Source: an uncultured Erysipelotrichaceae bacterium
GTDB lineage: Bacteria > Bacillota_I > Bacilli_A > RFN20 > CAG-826
Direction: 5' to 3'
Length of the DNA stretch: 64,000 nt
Assembly: GCA_900315885.1 (NCBI GenBank)
Contig: ONAT01000004.1
Coordinates: 32,580-96,579 of the forward strand
Part shown: positions 19,938 to 31,514 of the stretch, in pieces
How the letters are laid out: every line of letters starts with the position of its first letter
Position numbering within the stretch: the first letter of the stretch is position 1
Position numbers and translations under genes: made by a program
Notes under the pieces: model-generated
What the model saw: the letters and a program-made list of their open reading frames with translations, nothing else
Told to the model about the DNA's origin: nothing
Database searches by the model: none

Positions 19938-22331
19938 ATGAGTTTTATTGAAAAATTATTTCGTTTTGATCAAAGAGCACTGAAAAAAATTAAAAAAGAA
20001 AGTGATCAAGTTATTGCTTATGAAAGCCAAATGGCAGCATTAACTGATGATGAATTAAAAGCAAAAACACCTTACTTCAAGGAAAAATTAGCAAATGGCG
20101 CAACACTTGACGATATTAAGTACGAAGCTTTTGCTGTTGCACGTGAAGCTGCAAAAAGAGTATTGGGCCAATTCCCATTCCCTGTTCAAATTCAAGGTGC
20201 ATTAGTTCTTAACCAAGGTGACGTCGCAGAAATGCGTACTGGTGAAGGTAAAACTTTAACAGCGACCATGGCTGTATACTTAAATGCTTTGGAAGGAAAA
20301 GGCGTACATGTTGTTACCGTTAATGAGTACTTAGCGGCACGTGACGCAGACTGGATGGGACAAATATATCGCTGGTTAGGATTAACAGTTGGTATTAACT
20401 TAAGAGAAAAAACAACTTCAGAAAAGCGTGAAGCCTATAATTGTGATATTACATATACCACAAACTCAGAATTGGGTTTTGACTACTTACGTGATAATAT
20501 GGCACAAAGCGTTGATGGCCGTGTATTACGTGGTTTGAATTTCTGTGTAGTTGATGAAGCTGACTCAATTTTGATTGATGAATCTCGTACACCTTTAATT
20601 ATTTCTGGAGGCTCGAAGACGCAATCAAGTGCTTATAAATCTGCTGACTGGTTCGTTAAGATGTTAAAAAGAGACCGTGACTTCGTCGTTGATATTAAAG
20701 ACAAAACTATCAACTTAACAGATCATGGTAACGAATTAGCACAAAGACAATTCGGTATTCCAAATCTTTATGATCCACAATATCAAGAATTAGTTCATAG
20801 AATTTATCAGGCATTAAAAGCTAACTATATTTTTACAAAAAATGTTGAATACATGGTTGATCAAGATGGAGAAATCCAATTAATTGACCAATTCACAGGA
20901 CGTATTTTAAAAGGCCGTGAATATTCTGATGGCTTACAACAAGCTATTCAAGCTAAAGAAAATGTAAAGATTAAAGAAGAAACAGTTACAATGGCAACTA
21001 TTACATATCAAAATTTCTTCCGTCTTTACAAAAAATGTGCAGGTATGACTGGTACTGCTAAAACTGAAGAAGAAGAATTTAGAAAGATTTACAACATGCG
21101 TGTTGTGGTTATTCCAACAAATAAACCAATTCAACGTGTTGATGCAGTTGATATGATTTTCGGAACTAAAGACGCTAAATTTAAAGCTTTAGTGGAAGAA
21201 GTTAAAAAAAGACACGAAAAAGGTCAACCAATCTTAATTGGTACAGTATCTGTTGAAATGTCTGAATATATTTCAGGATTATTAGATAAAGCTAATTTAC
21301 CTCACGAAGTATTAAATGCTAAAAACCACGCTCGTGAAGCTGCTATTATTGAACATGCTGGCGAAAAAGGTGCAATTACAATTGCTACTAACATGGCTGG
21401 TCGTGGTACCGATATTAAGATTAATGACGAAGTTAAAGCATTAGGTGGTCTTTGTGTTTTTGGAACTGAAAGACACGAATCAAGACGTATTGATAACCAA
21501 TTAAGAGGTCGTTCTGGACGTCAAGGTGACCCAGGTTACTCATGCTTCTATGTTTCATTTGAAGATGATTTAATGATGCGTTTCGTTCCAGAAAACTTCC
21601 GTAAATATTTCTTAAAATTAGGCGATGAAGCTATTCAAATGCCAATGGCAAGTAAGATGATTACTGATGCTCAAACACGTATTGAAGGGCAAAACTTTGA
21701 TACTCGTAAGAGTTTGTTAGATTACGATGATGTCATGAGACAACAACGTGAAATTATGTATAAAAAACGTGATAAAGTCTTATTTACCGATGAAATTCAC
21801 GAAATGATTCAAGAATTCTTTATGACAGCAGGTAAAGCAATTGCTAAAAAAGCTGTTCCAGAAGGCGCTAAAGACGATTTAATTGATGGTGATAAATTAT
21901 ACAAAATGGTTGTGCCTCAATTATTACCTGAAGATGCTTTCAAAGCTTCAGCATTTAATGAATCACCTGCTGATGAAGCCGGTGAAGATATTGCTTACCT
22001 CTTAATGAAACGTTATAAGTTGCGCCGTGATGAATGGGGAGAAGATTTAGCTAACCACATTGAAAAACAAGTAGCATTACATTGTATTGACCGTTCATGG
22101 ACAACACATATTGATGCGTTAGCGAGATTACGTGATGGAATTCATTTAAGAAGTTACGCAAACGTAAACCCACTTCAAGATTATGTTAACGAAGGATTTG
22201 CTATGTTTAATGAGATGTTAGATACTATTGCATTAGATGTAGTTACTAATTTATTAAATCTTCGCGTACAAACTAAACCTGTAGAAGAACCTAATACTTC
22301 TACAACAAGCGAAGATAATAAAGGGGAATAA
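19938..22331 (+). CDS. secA: Preprotein translocase ATPase SecA
   Basis: MRTGEGKTL Walker A, VDEADSILIDE DEAD box, TNMAGRGTDI, 797 aa. Confidence 0.95.
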   Translation: MSFIEKLFRFDQRALKKIKKESDQVIAYESQMAALTDDELKAKTPYFKEKLANGATLDDIKYEAFAVAREAAKRVLGQFPFPVQIQGALVLNQGDVAEMRTGEGKTLTATMAVYLNALEGKGVHVVTVNEYLAARDADWMGQIYRWLGLTVGINLREKTTSEKREAYNCDITYTTNSELGFDYLRDNMAQSVDGRVLRGLNFCVVDEADSILIDESRTPLIISGGSKTQSSAYKSADWFVKMLKRDRDFVVDIKDKTINLTDHGNELAQRQFGIPNLYDPQYQELVHRIYQALKANYIFTKNVEYMVDQDGEIQLIDQFTGRILKGREYSDGLQQAIQAKENVKIKEETVTMATITYQNFFRLYKKCAGMTGTAKTEEEEFRKIYNMRVVVIPTNKPIQRVDAVDMIFGTKDAKFKALVEEVKKRHEKGQPILIGTVSVEMSEYISGLLDKANLPHEVLNAKNHAREAAIIEHAGEKGAITIATNMAGRGTDIKINDEVKALGGLCVFGTERHESRRIDNQLRGRSGRQGDPGYSCFYVSFEDDLMMRFVPENFRKYFLKLGDEAIQMPMASKMITDAQTRIEGQNFDTRKSLLDYDDVMRQQREIMYKKRDKVLFTDEIHEMIQEFFMTAGKAIAKKAVPEGAKDDLIDGDKLYKMVVPQLLPEDAFKASAFNESPADEAGEDIAYLLMKRYKLRRDEWGEDLANHIEKQVALHCIDRSWTTHIDALARLRDGIHLRSYANVNPLQDYVNEGFAMFNEMLDTIALDVVTNLLNLRVQTKPVEEPNTSTTSEDNKGE

Positions 22332-22335
22332 ATCA

Positions 22336-23446
22336 ATGCGTGATTTAGTCACGATACAATCTAGTTTGTTAGAAGTCACTAAGCAATTCAATAAGCTTAG
22401 TGACTCTCTTTGACGTTGATAAAATAAAAAGTAGCATTAAAGAAATCGAACAAAAAATGGCGTCCGATTCCTTTTGGAATGACCAAAAAGAATCTAAAAA
22501 AGTTATGGATACTCTCTCAGACTTAAAAGAAAAATATAACGCCTATGAAGAGATAGATGCGATGATTAAAAATATATCTGAATTAGTGGATATGACAACT
22601 GATTCTGATACAAATATGATTGAAGAAATAGATAGTGAATTAGATAAATTGATTGCAAAAGAACATGATTTTAATATCATGATACTTTTTGCTGGTGAAT
22701 TTGATAATTGTAACGCTATTTTGGAATTTCATCCAGGCGCAGGCGGTACAGAGAGTCAAGATTGGGCTGAAATGCTTTACCGTATGTATATTCGTTGGGC
22801 AGAAGATAAACATTTTAAAATGCAAATATTAGATTTCCAACAAGGCGAAGAAGCGGGACTTAAATCAGCTTCAATCCTTATTAAAGGAAAAAATGTTTAT
22901 GGTTTACTTAAAGGAGAATCAGGAGTGCATCGACTTGTAAGAATATCGCCATTTGATGCTTCAGGAAGAAGACACACATCTTTTGCTTCCGTTAATGTTA
23001 TGCCAGAAATAAACGATAATAATGACATTGAAATATTAGATAAAGATTTAAAAATTGATACTTATCGCTCCCAAGGTGCGGGAGGTCAAAATGTTAATAA
23101 GACTGAATCGGCAGTACGTATTACCCATATTCCAACAGGTATTGTAGTTTCGTGTCAAATAGATCGCTCGCAATTACAAAACCGTGAATTAGCGATGAAT
23201 ATGTTACGTTCAAGACTCTTCCAAATTAAGATGCAAGAAAAGCAAGAAGAGTTAAACAAATTACGTGGAGAAGTAAAAAATATAGAATGGGGTTCACAAA
23301 TAAGATCATATGTATTTTGTCCTTATACGATGGTAAAAGACTTACGAACTGAGTATCAAGAAGGTAATGTTACCAAAGTTATGGATGGTCAGATAGATGG
23401 ATTTATTGAAGCTTATTTAGAAATGGAGGCAAAGAAAAATGAATAA
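22336..23446 (+). CDS. prfB: Peptide chain release factor 2 (needs a programmed +1 frameshift)
   Basis: ATG 22336 opens a 25-codon frame (MRDLVTIQSSLLEVTKQFNKLSDSL) that ends at in-frame TGA 22411. The +1 frame continues DVDKIKSS... to 23446 and carries the SPF tripeptide (RISPFDA) and GGQ. Confidence 0.9.
22408..22414 (+). promoter_or_regulatory. prfB autoregulatory +1 frameshift site CTT TGA C
   Basis: Exact CTTTGAC heptamer at the junction of the two prfB frames. Confidence 0.9.
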
Positions 23447-24431
23447 ATATCAAGCAATGACAAAAAAAGAAAAAAAGAATTTCATTTTCCGAAGCCTTGA
23501 AGTAATATTAGGAACTTTAATACTTGCTTTCGGTCAAGTTATTTTTATTGAAAGATGTGTATTGGTTACTGGTGGCTTGGCTTCAATTGGGAATATCATT
23601 AATGAATTTATTCCATCTCCTAATACTGTAAGAATAACAGTTGTAGTCTTAAACATTGTGTGTTTCTTATTAGGATTAATATGTCTTGGCAAAAGTTTCT
23701 CAGCTAAAACATTGTTATCAACGATTGTCTACACTTTGTTTTATCCAATAGTATCTAAAATAATTCAAAGCGGTAGTGTTCCTTTCTTGGTTGTACCAGT
23801 AGATGTAGCTACTGGAACATTCTCCGAAACAACATTGTTTTTAGCAGCGGTATTTGGTGGAGTATTGTCAGGCATAGGAATAGCCTTAACACTTATCGGT
23901 GGAGGCTCAACTGGTGGAGTTGATGTCTTTGCAATACTTATTTCAAAAATCACACACACTAAAGTTTCAATATGGATATTTATTGTTGATGCAGTAGTAG
24001 TGGTGTTAGGCGCTATATTTGTAGGAGAAAATAACTCATTAATATATTTCTTAATATGTGTTTCTTCTTGCTTATGTTGTTCACTAGCTACAGAGTTTAT
24101 TCTTTCAAAAAGAAATAATTCATATGTAGTCTATATAGTGTCTGACAAATGGCAGGAAATTAATGATTTTATAATAAAAGATTTAGACCGTGGGTCAACA
24201 CTTATAAATATTGAAGGCGGATATAAAAATGAAAAGCATAAGATGATTCAGGCTGTTATTTCTCGAGATCAATATTCAGTATTACTAAGTAAGATTTCAG
24301 AAATAGATAAAGATGCGTTCGTAACAATTAATAGTGCGCATGAAGTTAATGGCGAAGGGTTTAAAGCATTACCTAAAGTTAATAATAAGAAAGATGGTGG
24401 AGAAAATGAGCGAAAAGAAGAGCAATGCTAA
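23439..24431 (+). CDS. YitT family membrane protein (DUF2179 C-terminal domain)
   Basis: Five to six hydrophobic segments and a soluble C-terminal domain ending ...FVTINSAHEVNGEGF. Confidence 0.75.
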   Translation: MNKYQAMTKKEKKNFIFRSLEVILGTLILAFGQVIFIERCVLVTGGLASIGNIINEFIPSPNTVRITVVVLNIVCFLLGLICLGKSFSAKTLLSTIVYTLFYPIVSKIIQSGSVPFLVVPVDVATGTFSETTLFLAAVFGGVLSGIGIALTLIGGGSTGGVDVFAILISKITHTKVSIWIFIVDAVVVVLGAIFVGENNSLIYFLICVSSCLCCSLATEFILSKRNNSYVVYIVSDKWQEINDFIIKDLDRGSTLINIEGGYKNEKHKMIQAVISRDQYSVLLSKISEIDKDAFVTINSAHEVNGEGFKALPKVNNKKDGGENERKEEQC

Positions 24432-25830
24432 GAAAAATATTATATTTACTGTAATTTCCTTTGGAGCCTTATTATTTGGCACGGTTTTTGGTAGCTTACT
24501 TACAAAAATGAATTATGCTAAATATGACAATGTTAATTTCCGTAAAATTACAGAAATTTATGATTTAATTAAAAACGATTGGCTATACAACAATATTTAT
24601 GGAAATATTGATGATTTTTTAACAGATTTGGCGATAAAAGGTATGACTAATGGAAATGCAGATCCGTATACTTTTTATACTGCAACTTACGCAGAACAAA
24701 ACTTAGATACAAACCAAAAAGGTATGGGAATAAGCCATGCTTATTATGGTGGAAATCGTATTATTGTCCACGTATTTGAAGATTCTCCTGCCGCAAAAGC
24801 AGGTCTTAAAGCGGGAGATGTAATTTTAGGAATGTATGAATCTTCTACAAGTTCGGATTTCATTAATTTCCAAGATTTAAGTAAAGATGAAGTAACCGAT
24901 ACAATGCAAGCTTATGATGAAGATATTATTAAACTTAGAATACAAAAAGCTTCAGATTTATCTACGACCGATTTAACAATTGAAAAAGATCAATTTGTAC
25001 AAAAAGCAGTAAGTGGTTCAATTAATACAGAAGATGGTAAGACAGAAGTTTATATTAAAATTCAAAATTTCATAGATTCTTTTTTACCAAAAGATTTTTT
25101 AACATTAATGAATACTGCACTTGAAAATAATTCAGTAATTGATAATTTAATTATTGATTTAAGAGATAATGGTGGAGGAAGAACAGACTATGCTTCTTAT
25201 TTAGCATCATTATTCGTACCTAAAGATAGTGTAATTGTACAATATAAATATAATGACAATTCAATTGAAAAAGAAACAAATGACTATAGTCCAAGATTTA
25301 TGAAATCAGTTAAGAACATCAAATTCTTACAAAATAATGGCACAGCTTCCGCTTCGGAAATGTTCATTCTTGCTTTAAAGGATAACTTAACAAAAGAAAA
25401 TATGCCAAAAGTAGATGTAATCGGTACTTATTCGTATGGAAAAGGTATCCGTCAAATGGTAAGACCATTCTCAGATGGCTCTTATATTCGTTACACAGAT
25501 GCATATGTTTTATCACCAAGCGGTTATTGTATTAATGGCATTGGTATTAAACCAACAACAGAAGTAGAATTTGATTATGAAATGTTAAATTATTATGGCG
25601 AAGTTGGCTTTGTTACTAAGAGTTTAAAAGAAAAGATTTTAAAACAAATTAACTTCGTTTTAGAGACAAATTACACTTCATATGATGAAGCGTTAGCAAA
25701 ATATTGTGAAGTTAAGTCACTTACTTTACAAGGCTTTAATTATGTTATAGGACGTTCTTTACAAAAAGATGCTTATAATAAATATTTAGTGATAATGAAT
25801 AAGATTTTAGAAATTGCTGAAGGAAATTAA
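24406..25830 (+). CDS. S41 family C-terminal processing peptidase with PDZ domain
   Basis: GGTGGAG precedes ATG 24406. N-terminal TM anchor, PDZ-like [16 protein letters not shown], catalytic region DLRDNGGG...TASASEMF...SYGKG. Confidence 0.85.
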   Translation: MSEKKSNAKKNIIFTVISFGALLFGTVFGSLLTKMNYAKYDNVNFRKITEIYDLIKNDWLYNNIYGNIDDFLTDLAIKGMTNGNADPYTFYTATYAEQNLDTNQKGMGISHAYYGGNRIIVHVFEDSPAAKAGLKAGDVILGMYESSTSSDFINFQDLSKDEVTDTMQAYDEDIIKLRIQKASDLSTTDLTIEKDQFVQKAVSGSINTEDGKTEVYIKIQNFIDSFLPKDFLTLMNTALENNSVIDNLIIDLRDNGGGRTDYASYLASLFVPKDSVIVQYKYNDNSIEKETNDYSPRFMKSVKNIKFLQNNGTASASEMFILALKDNLTKENMPKVDVIGTYSYGKGIRQMVRPFSDGSYIRYTDAYVLSPSGYCINGIGIKPTTEVEFDYEMLNYYGEVGFVTKSLKEKILKQINFVLETNYTSYDEALAKYCEVKSLTLQGFNYVIGRSLQKDAYNKYLVIMNKILEIAEGN

Positions 25831-25831
25831 A

Positions 25832-27805
25832 ATGGAATATCGTAAATTTGAATTAGTATCAAAATATAAACCTACGGGAGATCAACCTGAGGCCATAAAG
25901 GAATTATGTGAAGGAATTGCAAATGGCAAAAAATTGCAAGTCCTTTTAGGTGCGACCGGAACAGGTAAAACATTTACTATTTCAAATGTAATTGCGAGAG
26001 TAAATAAACCGACTTTAGTTTTAGTACATAATAAAACTTTAGCAGGTCAATTATATGCAGAATTTAAAGAATTATTTCCACATAACCGAGTTGAATACTT
26101 TGTTTCAAACTTTGATTTTTATCAACCAGAGGCTTACATTCCTAAGTCCGATACTTACATTGATAAAAACGCAGTAATGAATGAAGAAATTGAAATGTTA
26201 AGAACATCGGCGATTAATTCTGTATTAGAAAGAAGCGACACGATAGTAGTGGCCTCAGTTGCCTCAATTTATGGCTTAACTGATCCAGATGAATATCGAA
26301 ATCTATCTTTTAATTTAAGAGTGGGAGAAACTATCAATCGCAAAAAACTTTTTAAATCACTAATTGAAGGACAATATAAACGTAATGATTACGATTTAAC
26401 TTCAGGTTCATTCCAAGTTAAAGGTGACATTATAAATATTGTTCCAGCCTCAAGTAACACATTTTATATTAAATTAGATATGTTTGATGATGAAATTGAG
26501 CGCATTTGTGCAGTTGATTTTGTAACAGGAGAAGTATTGCACACTTATAATACTTATCCTATTTTTCCTGCATATGCACACGCATCAAGCCGCAAAAAAA
26601 TTAATGAAGCAATAAAATCAATTTCTGATGAAATGATAGAAAGAATTAAGTATTTCCAAGATAACAACAAATTAATTGAAGCGCAAAGAATTGAAATGCG
26701 TACAAGACAAGATATGGAATCTTTAATGGAATTTGGTATATGTCCAGGAATCGAAAACTATTCTCGTCATATTGATGGAAGAAAAAAAGGTGAAAGACCA
26801 TTTACACTTTTTGATTATTTTCCAAAAGATTTCTTGCTCGTTGTGGATGAATCACATGTTACTTTGCCACAAATACGTGGAATGTATAATGGTGATAGAT
26901 CAAGAAAACAAACACTTGTGGATTACGGATTCCGTCTTGAGTCAGCATTAGATAATAGACCTTTAAAATTTGAAGAATTTGAGGCTTTAATGCCATATAC
27001 AATTTGTGATTCTGCAACTCCTGGTGATTATGAATTAGAAAAAGTGAATCACCAAGTAGTAGAGCAAGTTATTAGACCAACTGGTCTTCTTGATCCACGC
27101 ATTGAAGTTCGTCCAACAAGAGGACAAATTGATGATTTGGTTTCGGAAATTAAGAATAGAATCGCAAACAAAGAAAAAGTCATGATTGTGACACTTACTA
27201 TTAAAATGGCGGAGGATTTGACCGCTTATTTAAAAAACTGTGACCTTAAGGTAGCGTATTTACATAACCAAACTAAAACTTTAGAAAGAACACAAATTAT
27301 TTACGAATTAAGAAAAGGTAAATATGATGTTTTAGTAGGTATAAACCTTTTAAGAGAAGGTTTAGATATTCCAGAAGTTTCATTAGTAGCTATCTTAGAT
27401 GCGGATAAAGAAGGATTTTTACGTTCTTCACGCTCTCTTATTCAAGTTATTGGACGTGCCGCTAGAAACGCCAATGGACTTGTCATAATGTATGCAGATA
27501 ATATTACTGATTCAATGAAATTTGCAATTGATGAAACTAATAGAAGAAGAAAAATTCAAAATGATTACAATGAGAAAAATGGTATTATTCCGACGACAAT
27601 TATTAAGGATATTCGTATGCCAATAAGAAACCAAGACTCAGATGGCTTTAATGCTTTGTTGAGCAAAGGCAAAAAATCACGTAAACAACTTGAATTAGAA
27701 ATTAAAGATTTAGAGAAACAAATGCGTGAAGCCGCTAAAGACTTAGACTTTGAAAAGGCTGCGGAATTGCGCGATATAATTTTAGAATTAAAAGCAGAAA
27801 TGTAA
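25832..27805 (+). CDS. uvrB: Excinuclease ABC subunit B
   Basis: [24 protein letters not shown] box, C-terminal UVR motif FEKAAELRD. Confidence 0.95.
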   Translation: MEYRKFELVSKYKPTGDQPEAIKELCEGIANGKKLQVLLGATGTGKTFTISNVIARVNKPTLVLVHNKTLAGQLYAEFKELFPHNRVEYFVSNFDFYQPEAYIPKSDTYIDKNAVMNEEIEMLRTSAINSVLERSDTIVVASVASIYGLTDPDEYRNLSFNLRVGETINRKKLFKSLIEGQYKRNDYDLTSGSFQVKGDIINIVPASSNTFYIKLDMFDDEIERICAVDFVTGEVLHTYNTYPIFPAYAHASSRKKINEAIKSISDEMIERIKYFQDNNKLIEAQRIEMRTRQDMESLMEFGICPGIENYSRHIDGRKKGERPFTLFDYFPKDFLLVVDESHVTLPQIRGMYNGDRSRKQTLVDYGFRLESALDNRPLKFEEFEALMPYTICDSATPGDYELEKVNHQVVEQVIRPTGLLDPRIEVRPTRGQIDDLVSEIKNRIANKEKVMIVTLTIKMAEDLTAYLKNCDLKVAYLHNQTKTLERTQIIYELRKGKYDVLVGINLLREGLDIPEVSLVAILDADKEGFLRSSRSLIQVIGRAARNANGLVIMYADNITDSMKFAIDETNRRRKIQNDYNEKNGIIPTTIIKDIRMPIRNQDSDGFNALLSKGKKSRKQLELEIKDLEKQMREAAKDLDFEKAAELRDIILELKAEM

Positions 27806-27821
27806 CTTTTGAGGTATATCA

Positions 27822-29003
27822 ATGATTAAATTTTTAGTGAGAAAATGTATAAAAGACTATAACAATATAGAAAATCCTAAAGTACGTGAAAAATATGGCA
27901 TTTTAGGTGGCATTTTAGGCATCATTTGTAACATTGTTTTGTTCTTTATAAAATTTATTATAGGGTTATTTATTAAATCAAGTTCTATCGTTTCTGATGC
28001 ATTTAATAACTTATCAGATATGGGCTCCAGTTTAGTAGCGGTTATAAGTGCAAAATTATCAAGTAAAAAGCCTGATAAAGATCATCCTTTTGGACATGGT
28101 CGACTCGAATATATTGCGGCCTTAATTGTCTCGTTCTTAATTATTTTTATGGGACTTCAAATTGTAATTACCGCAGTTACGAGTTTAATTGATGTTATTA
28201 AAGGAGTAAAAACTGTTGAATATAATTTGAACCTTGTTTTAATAGGAATTTTAACAGCATCAGTTTTAATCAAAGTGTGGATGTTCTTTTATTATCGTTA
28301 TTTAGGTAACAAAATTAATTCAAGTGTTCTTAAAGCATCATCCTTAGATAGTATTTCGGATGTTATTGTCTCAAGTGTCATTATCGTTTCAACTGTAGTA
28401 GGAGCGTTATTACTTCCTAATTTTCCACTTGATGATATTTTGTCAATTATCGTTGGTTTATTAATTGCTTTTAATGGTCTAAAAATGGCAATTGAAACAA
28501 TTAGTGATTTGTTAGGAAAACCAGCAGACCCAGAACTTGTTAAAAAAATAGATGATTTAATTTGTTCAGGGGAGGGAGTTTATGGCACACACGATTTATT
28601 AGTTCACGATTATGGCCCAGGACGTGTTATGGCTTCTGCACATGTTGAAGTGTCAGATAAAGCCGATATTGTTCAAACGCATGAAATGATTGATCAACTT
28701 GAAATGCGCGCAATGAAAGAACTAAATATTCCACTCGTTTTACATATGGATCCAATTAGTATTGATTGTCCTATTACTAATGAATTGCGCCAATTAGTGC
28801 ATAATACAATAGAGCAAATAAATCCAAAATTAAGCTTTCATGATTTGCGTATAACTAATGGCGAAAATAGAATAAATGTTATTTTTGATTTAGTTGTTCC
28901 ATATGAATTTTCTTCTCATGAAAAAGAATATATTGCCCAAATTAAGAAGGCTATTTATGATGATGATAATCGATTTATTGCCGTAATTAAGATTGATCAT
29001 TGA
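27822..29003 (+). CDS. Cation diffusion facilitator (CDF) family transporter
   Basis: Six TM segments, SDAFNNLSDMGSS and HPFGHGRLEY motifs, cytoplasmic C-terminal domain. Confidence 0.85.
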   Translation: MIKFLVRKCIKDYNNIENPKVREKYGILGGILGIICNIVLFFIKFIIGLFIKSSSIVSDAFNNLSDMGSSLVAVISAKLSSKKPDKDHPFGHGRLEYIAALIVSFLIIFMGLQIVITAVTSLIDVIKGVKTVEYNLNLVLIGILTASVLIKVWMFFYYRYLGNKINSSVLKASSLDSISDVIVSSVIIVSTVVGALLLPNFPLDDILSIIVGLLIAFNGLKMAIETISDLLGKPADPELVKKIDDLICSGEGVYGTHDLLVHDYGPGRVMASAHVEVSDKADIVQTHEMIDQLEMRAMKELNIPLVLHMDPISIDCPITNELRQLVHNTIEQINPKLSFHDLRITNGENRINVIFDLVVPYEFSSHEKEYIAQIKKAIYDDDNRFIAVIKIDH

Positions 29004-29086
29004 TAAAATAATAAAAAAAGTATTTTTTTAAAGGTTAAAATGTAGTATGATAATAAGGCAAACTGATTTGTACAGGAGGTATAGTT

Positions 29087-29350
29087 ATGTTTTTAGCAGA
29101 TTCTACAAGCACTAGTATGCATTTCTTAGATATATTATTTTTGATTGTTGCAGTTATTCTTATTATTCTTTCCTTACTCCAAGGTGGTAAGTCAGATGGT
29201 GCATCTGGCGCAATCACTGGTGGTGGATTAAATATCTTTGCTAAGCAAAAAGAAAGAGGCTCTGAAAAAGTAGTTTCAATCTTAACATTTGTATTTGCTA
29301 CAGTATTCTTTTTCTTAGCGGTACTTGTTCAAGTATTATATTATATTTAG
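29087..29350 (+). CDS. secG: Preprotein translocase subunit SecG
   Basis: 87 aa, two TM segments flanking LLQGGKSDGASGAITGG. AGGAGG RBS. Upstream of rnr as in other Bacillota. Confidence 0.85.
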   Translation: MFLADSTSTSMHFLDILFLIVAVILIILSLLQGGKSDGASGAITGGGLNIFAKQKERGSEKVVSILTFVFATVFFFLAVLVQVLYYI

Positions 29351-29424
29351 TCTATATGAATTGATAGAAAATGAGGTAGTTGCTACCTCTTTTTTGTTAG
29401 TTTGTTAGAAAGGAGATGTTAATT

Positions 29425-31512
29425 ATGAAAGAAAAAATAATCCGATATATTCAAGATAATCCATATTGCACATTTGGCAATTTGTGTGCGAATTTTGATA
29501 TAAGAAAAAATGAATTATTAAATATAGTTAACCACTTAGTTAATGATGGTGATTTGATTCAAGAAGATAACACTTATCTTACACCATATAATTTAGGGTT
29601 AATTAAGGCTCGTATTGTGACTGTAAAACATCACTTTGCTTTTGCATCTATTGATGAAAATGAAGATGATGTAATGATTGAAGAAGAACATCTTAATAAC
29701 GCTTTATTAAATGATATCGTATATTTACGATATGATTTATTTTTTGAAGTTGTAAAAATTGTTAAACGTGAACGTCAATTTGTGGTTGGTGAAGTATCAA
29801 AACAATTTGGAGTTTGTTATTTACTTGTTAATGGCATTGCTACAGATAACACAAAATTTATTGTTGAAGATTATGAAGGATATAATGAAGCAATATTAAA
29901 ATGTAAAATTATAAAAGAAACCAAAGGTACAATTTATGTTAGTGTGCAAGAAAAACTTGGTGATAAGAATGCGCCAGGTGTAGATATTACACGTATTTTA
30001 TTAGAACATGATTGTCCACTTGAATTTAATGAAGAAGTAAATAGTCAAGTTGCTAATTTACCAATAAATGTTGAAGAAGACGAAATTAAAGGACGTCTTG
30101 ATTTACGTGACGAATTAATTGTGACAATTGATGGTGAAGATGCAAAAGATTTAGATGACGCAGTAAGTGTTAAAAAAGAAGACTATGGTTATTTAGTAGG
30201 AGTCCATATCGCAGATGTATCACATTATGTAACCGAGTACTCTCCATTAGATAAAGAAGCATTAAATAGAGGTACATCAATTTATGTTGCAGACCGTGTT
30301 GTCCCAATGCTTCCATTTATCTTATCAAATGGCATATGTTCTCTTAATCCTAATGTGGATAGATTAACTATTTCTTGTTTAATTAAGTTAAATAACAATT
30401 TCGAGGTTATTAGTTCACAAATAACACCGAGTGTTATAAAATCTAAATATCGTTTAACTTATACTTTTGTAAATGAAGTATTAAAGGAACATAAAGAAGA
30501 AACTGAACTTGAAAAAATGCTGCAATTGCTAAATGTTATTGCCACAAATTTACGAGAACAAAAAAACAAACGTGGAGAATTAGATTTAGCAATTCCTGAA
30601 TTAAAAGTGGTTGTTAATCAAAAAGGAGAAGCTGTTGATGTAAAGAAAAAGATTCAACAAGATGGAGAAAAACTTATTGAAGATTTGATGATCCTTGCAA
30701 ACGAACAAGTCGCGGAAACAATCTATAAAAAGAATTTGCCTTTTATTTATCGAATACATGAGAATCCACCTGCTAAACGCATGGATACTCTTATTGCCTT
30801 TGCTTCACGGTTAGGATTTAAGCCTCACTTTAATTCTATAAGCGTTAAGCCAAAAGATTTACAAAGATTATTAGATGATGCAAAATACTCACCTAAATAT
30901 CAAATTGTAGCCCAAGTGCTTCTAAGAAGTTTAGCTAAAGCAAGATATTCCACATTTAATAAAGGACATTTTGGATTAGCAAGTGAGTGTTATACACACT
31001 TTACTTCACCAATAAGACGATATCCAGATTTGATTGTACATCGTTATCTACGCAAATATATTTTTAATAAAGATATCGATGACGCTTTTGAAAGAAAAGA
31101 AGAATTAAATTTTATTGCCGAGAATACTTCTATGAAGGAAAGACGTGCAATCGCGGTGGAGCGTGAATCTAACGATATGAAATGCGCTGAATACATGTCA
31201 AACTTTATAGGCTCTGAGTTTATGGGCTATATTACAGGTATGAGTAATTCTGGTATGTTCGTAGAATTAGATAATGGCGTTTCAGGAAAAATAGGATTTG
31301 AATCAATGGATGATTATTATTCTCTTGATGATAACTATTTCCACGCTTACGGAAAAAGAAAAGGTAAACGATATTCTCTTGGCGATAGAGTAACTGTTAT
31401 TGTTAATAATACAAATAAAGATACTGGCGATATTTCCTTAATAATTAAAGGAGAAAAGCCAAAACATATATCACGATTTAAAAGAAGAAATGGACATAAT
31501 AGGAGAAAATAA
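29425..31512 (+). CDS. rnr: Ribonuclease R
   Basis: RNB catalytic motif TIDGEDAKDLDDAVS, HFGLA...YTHFTSPIRRYPDL, C-terminal S1 domain and basic tail. Confidence 0.95.
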   Translation: MKEKIIRYIQDNPYCTFGNLCANFDIRKNELLNIVNHLVNDGDLIQEDNTYLTPYNLGLIKARIVTVKHHFAFASIDENEDDVMIEEEHLNNALLNDIVYLRYDLFFEVVKIVKRERQFVVGEVSKQFGVCYLLVNGIATDNTKFIVEDYEGYNEAILKCKIIKETKGTIYVSVQEKLGDKNAPGVDITRILLEHDCPLEFNEEVNSQVANLPINVEEDEIKGRLDLRDELIVTIDGEDAKDLDDAVSVKKEDYGYLVGVHIADVSHYVTEYSPLDKEALNRGTSIYVADRVVPMLPFILSNGICSLNPNVDRLTISCLIKLNNNFEVISSQITPSVIKSKYRLTYTFVNEVLKEHKEETELEKMLQLLNVIATNLREQKNKRGELDLAIPELKVVVNQKGEAVDVKKKIQQDGEKLIEDLMILANEQVAETIYKKNLPFIYRIHENPPAKRMDTLIAFASRLGFKPHFNSISVKPKDLQRLLDDAKYSPKYQIVAQVLLRSLAKARYSTFNKGHFGLASECYTHFTSPIRRYPDLIVHRYLRKYIFNKDIDDAFERKEELNFIAENTSMKERRAIAVERESNDMKCAEYMSNFIGSEFMGYITGMSNSGMFVELDNGVSGKIGFESMDDYYSLDDNYFHAYGKRKGKRYSLGDRVTVIVNNTNKDTGDISLIIKGEKPKHISRFKRRNGHNRRK

Positions 31513-31514
31513 AA

